From Basidiobolus meristosporus CBS 931.73 (taxonomy: Eukaryota > Fungi > Basidiobolomycota), in contig MCFE01000002.1 in assembly GCA_002104905.1 (NCBI GenBank), positions 124,001-188,000 on the forward strand: a stretch of DNA of 64,000 nucleotides, given 5' to 3'. Below, piece after piece: positions 63,216 to 64,000 of this stretch. Below the pieces are notes generated by a model, which was not told where the DNA came from, made no database searches, and worked only from the letters and a program-made list of their open reading frames with translations. The translations under genes were made by a program, and so were the position numbers. The number at the start of each line of letters is the position of its first letter. Position 1 is the stretch's first letter.

Positions 63216-64000
63216 AGACTTGTTCCATCATACCATGCCAGGGTGCACGGAGCAATCTGTGGCCTCTAAGAACAATTGGGTGCAATATTATAGCTACCAG
63301 TAAGCAGGATTGCTCTTGGACAATTTTGCACCATGTGGGATGATCTTGCACACTATGGCACGATCTGACACAATGAGGTTGGCATGGATGATTGTGCCAG
63401 CTTGTGATGTTTGCATCATGTGCGCAATTGAATACTGCTATTATGGTAGGTAAAATCTGGTATTTGGATGTGTTTCTTTGATGTGTATGGAAATAAATGC
63501 ATATCACACTATAAGCTACAGAGATACTTACCATTTGGTTACCACCACTCCAATTGGATGGTATCTCAGCGGTTAATCAGTCCAAAAGTATCCTGAAGCT
63601 GTCAGCCCCCAATTGGCTCTTTAACCAATACACAAGCTACCTGCTTTGTCATCAAATATCCCATTTTGCCCATTGAGCAAGTAAATCCATGATGCTAGTG
63701 ATTGGACAAGATGTCATAGCTAGCAAGCAACAATTGAACAGGTGCAAAATAGATCAAATGTCTGCACTAGTGTAATAGATGGTGTATATGTACGCAGGGT
63801 GTTTGTTTATAGAGGTTCTGTCTGAAATGTGAGACAATCTTGATCCAGCTTATATCAAAAACTTGGTGATCCCTGATTTGTGGTGGCTCAAGTTGGATTG
63901 CAAAAAAAATGTATTGTTTGGATCATGACAAACAATAGCAATTCAGAGCAATTGCATCATCTTCTCCTAGGTTTTCTCTCACAGGGATTACTACTGAATC
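63216..64000. mobile_element. PHIS element, further copy, accessory-side end, running off the window
   Basis: AGACTTGTTCCATC terminus, collinear with 56395-57180. Confidence 0.88.

Overview
Eukaryotic DNA, most likely from an early-diverging fungus (inferred from ~60 nt GT-AG introns with CTAAC-like branch sites, a chromodomain-bearing Clr4 and a CYRI/FAM49 gene). The window has two sharply different parts. Bases 1-14.5 kb are gene-rich with normal CpG: the 3' end of an unknown gene, an SLC49/FLVCR-like MFS transporter, a ZDHHC1/11-like palmitoyltransferase, CYRI/FAM49, a Clr4/SUV39H H3K9 methyltransferase, a 57-aa NDUFA4/B12D-like gene missed by the ORF track, and phosducin-like protein 1. 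Bases ~14.5-64 kb are an almost CpG-free nest of transposons. The nest holds Ty1/copia pieces, two Ty3/gypsy copies (one full length with TSD and an internally chimeric RNase H), and at least 7 fragments of one CACTA/EnSpm family (TIR CCCTA[CG]AAAAA, divergent Tnp2 transposase plus a large unknown ORF2). It also holds a PIF/Harbinger-superfamily (PHIS) family with 3-bp ANT target sites, including one complete 3,429-bp copy with an uninterrupted transposase, and a head-to-tail array of a gag+protease-only LTR element (3 LTRs, 2 units, no RT/RH/IN). The most unusual signals are the gag-protease-only array, the long uninterrupted TE ORFs with 0-1 CpG, and the apparent three-gene PHIS element. All assignments come from manual reading and motif recognition. 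No database searches were run, and fragment boundaries without a TIR, LTR or TSD are approximate.
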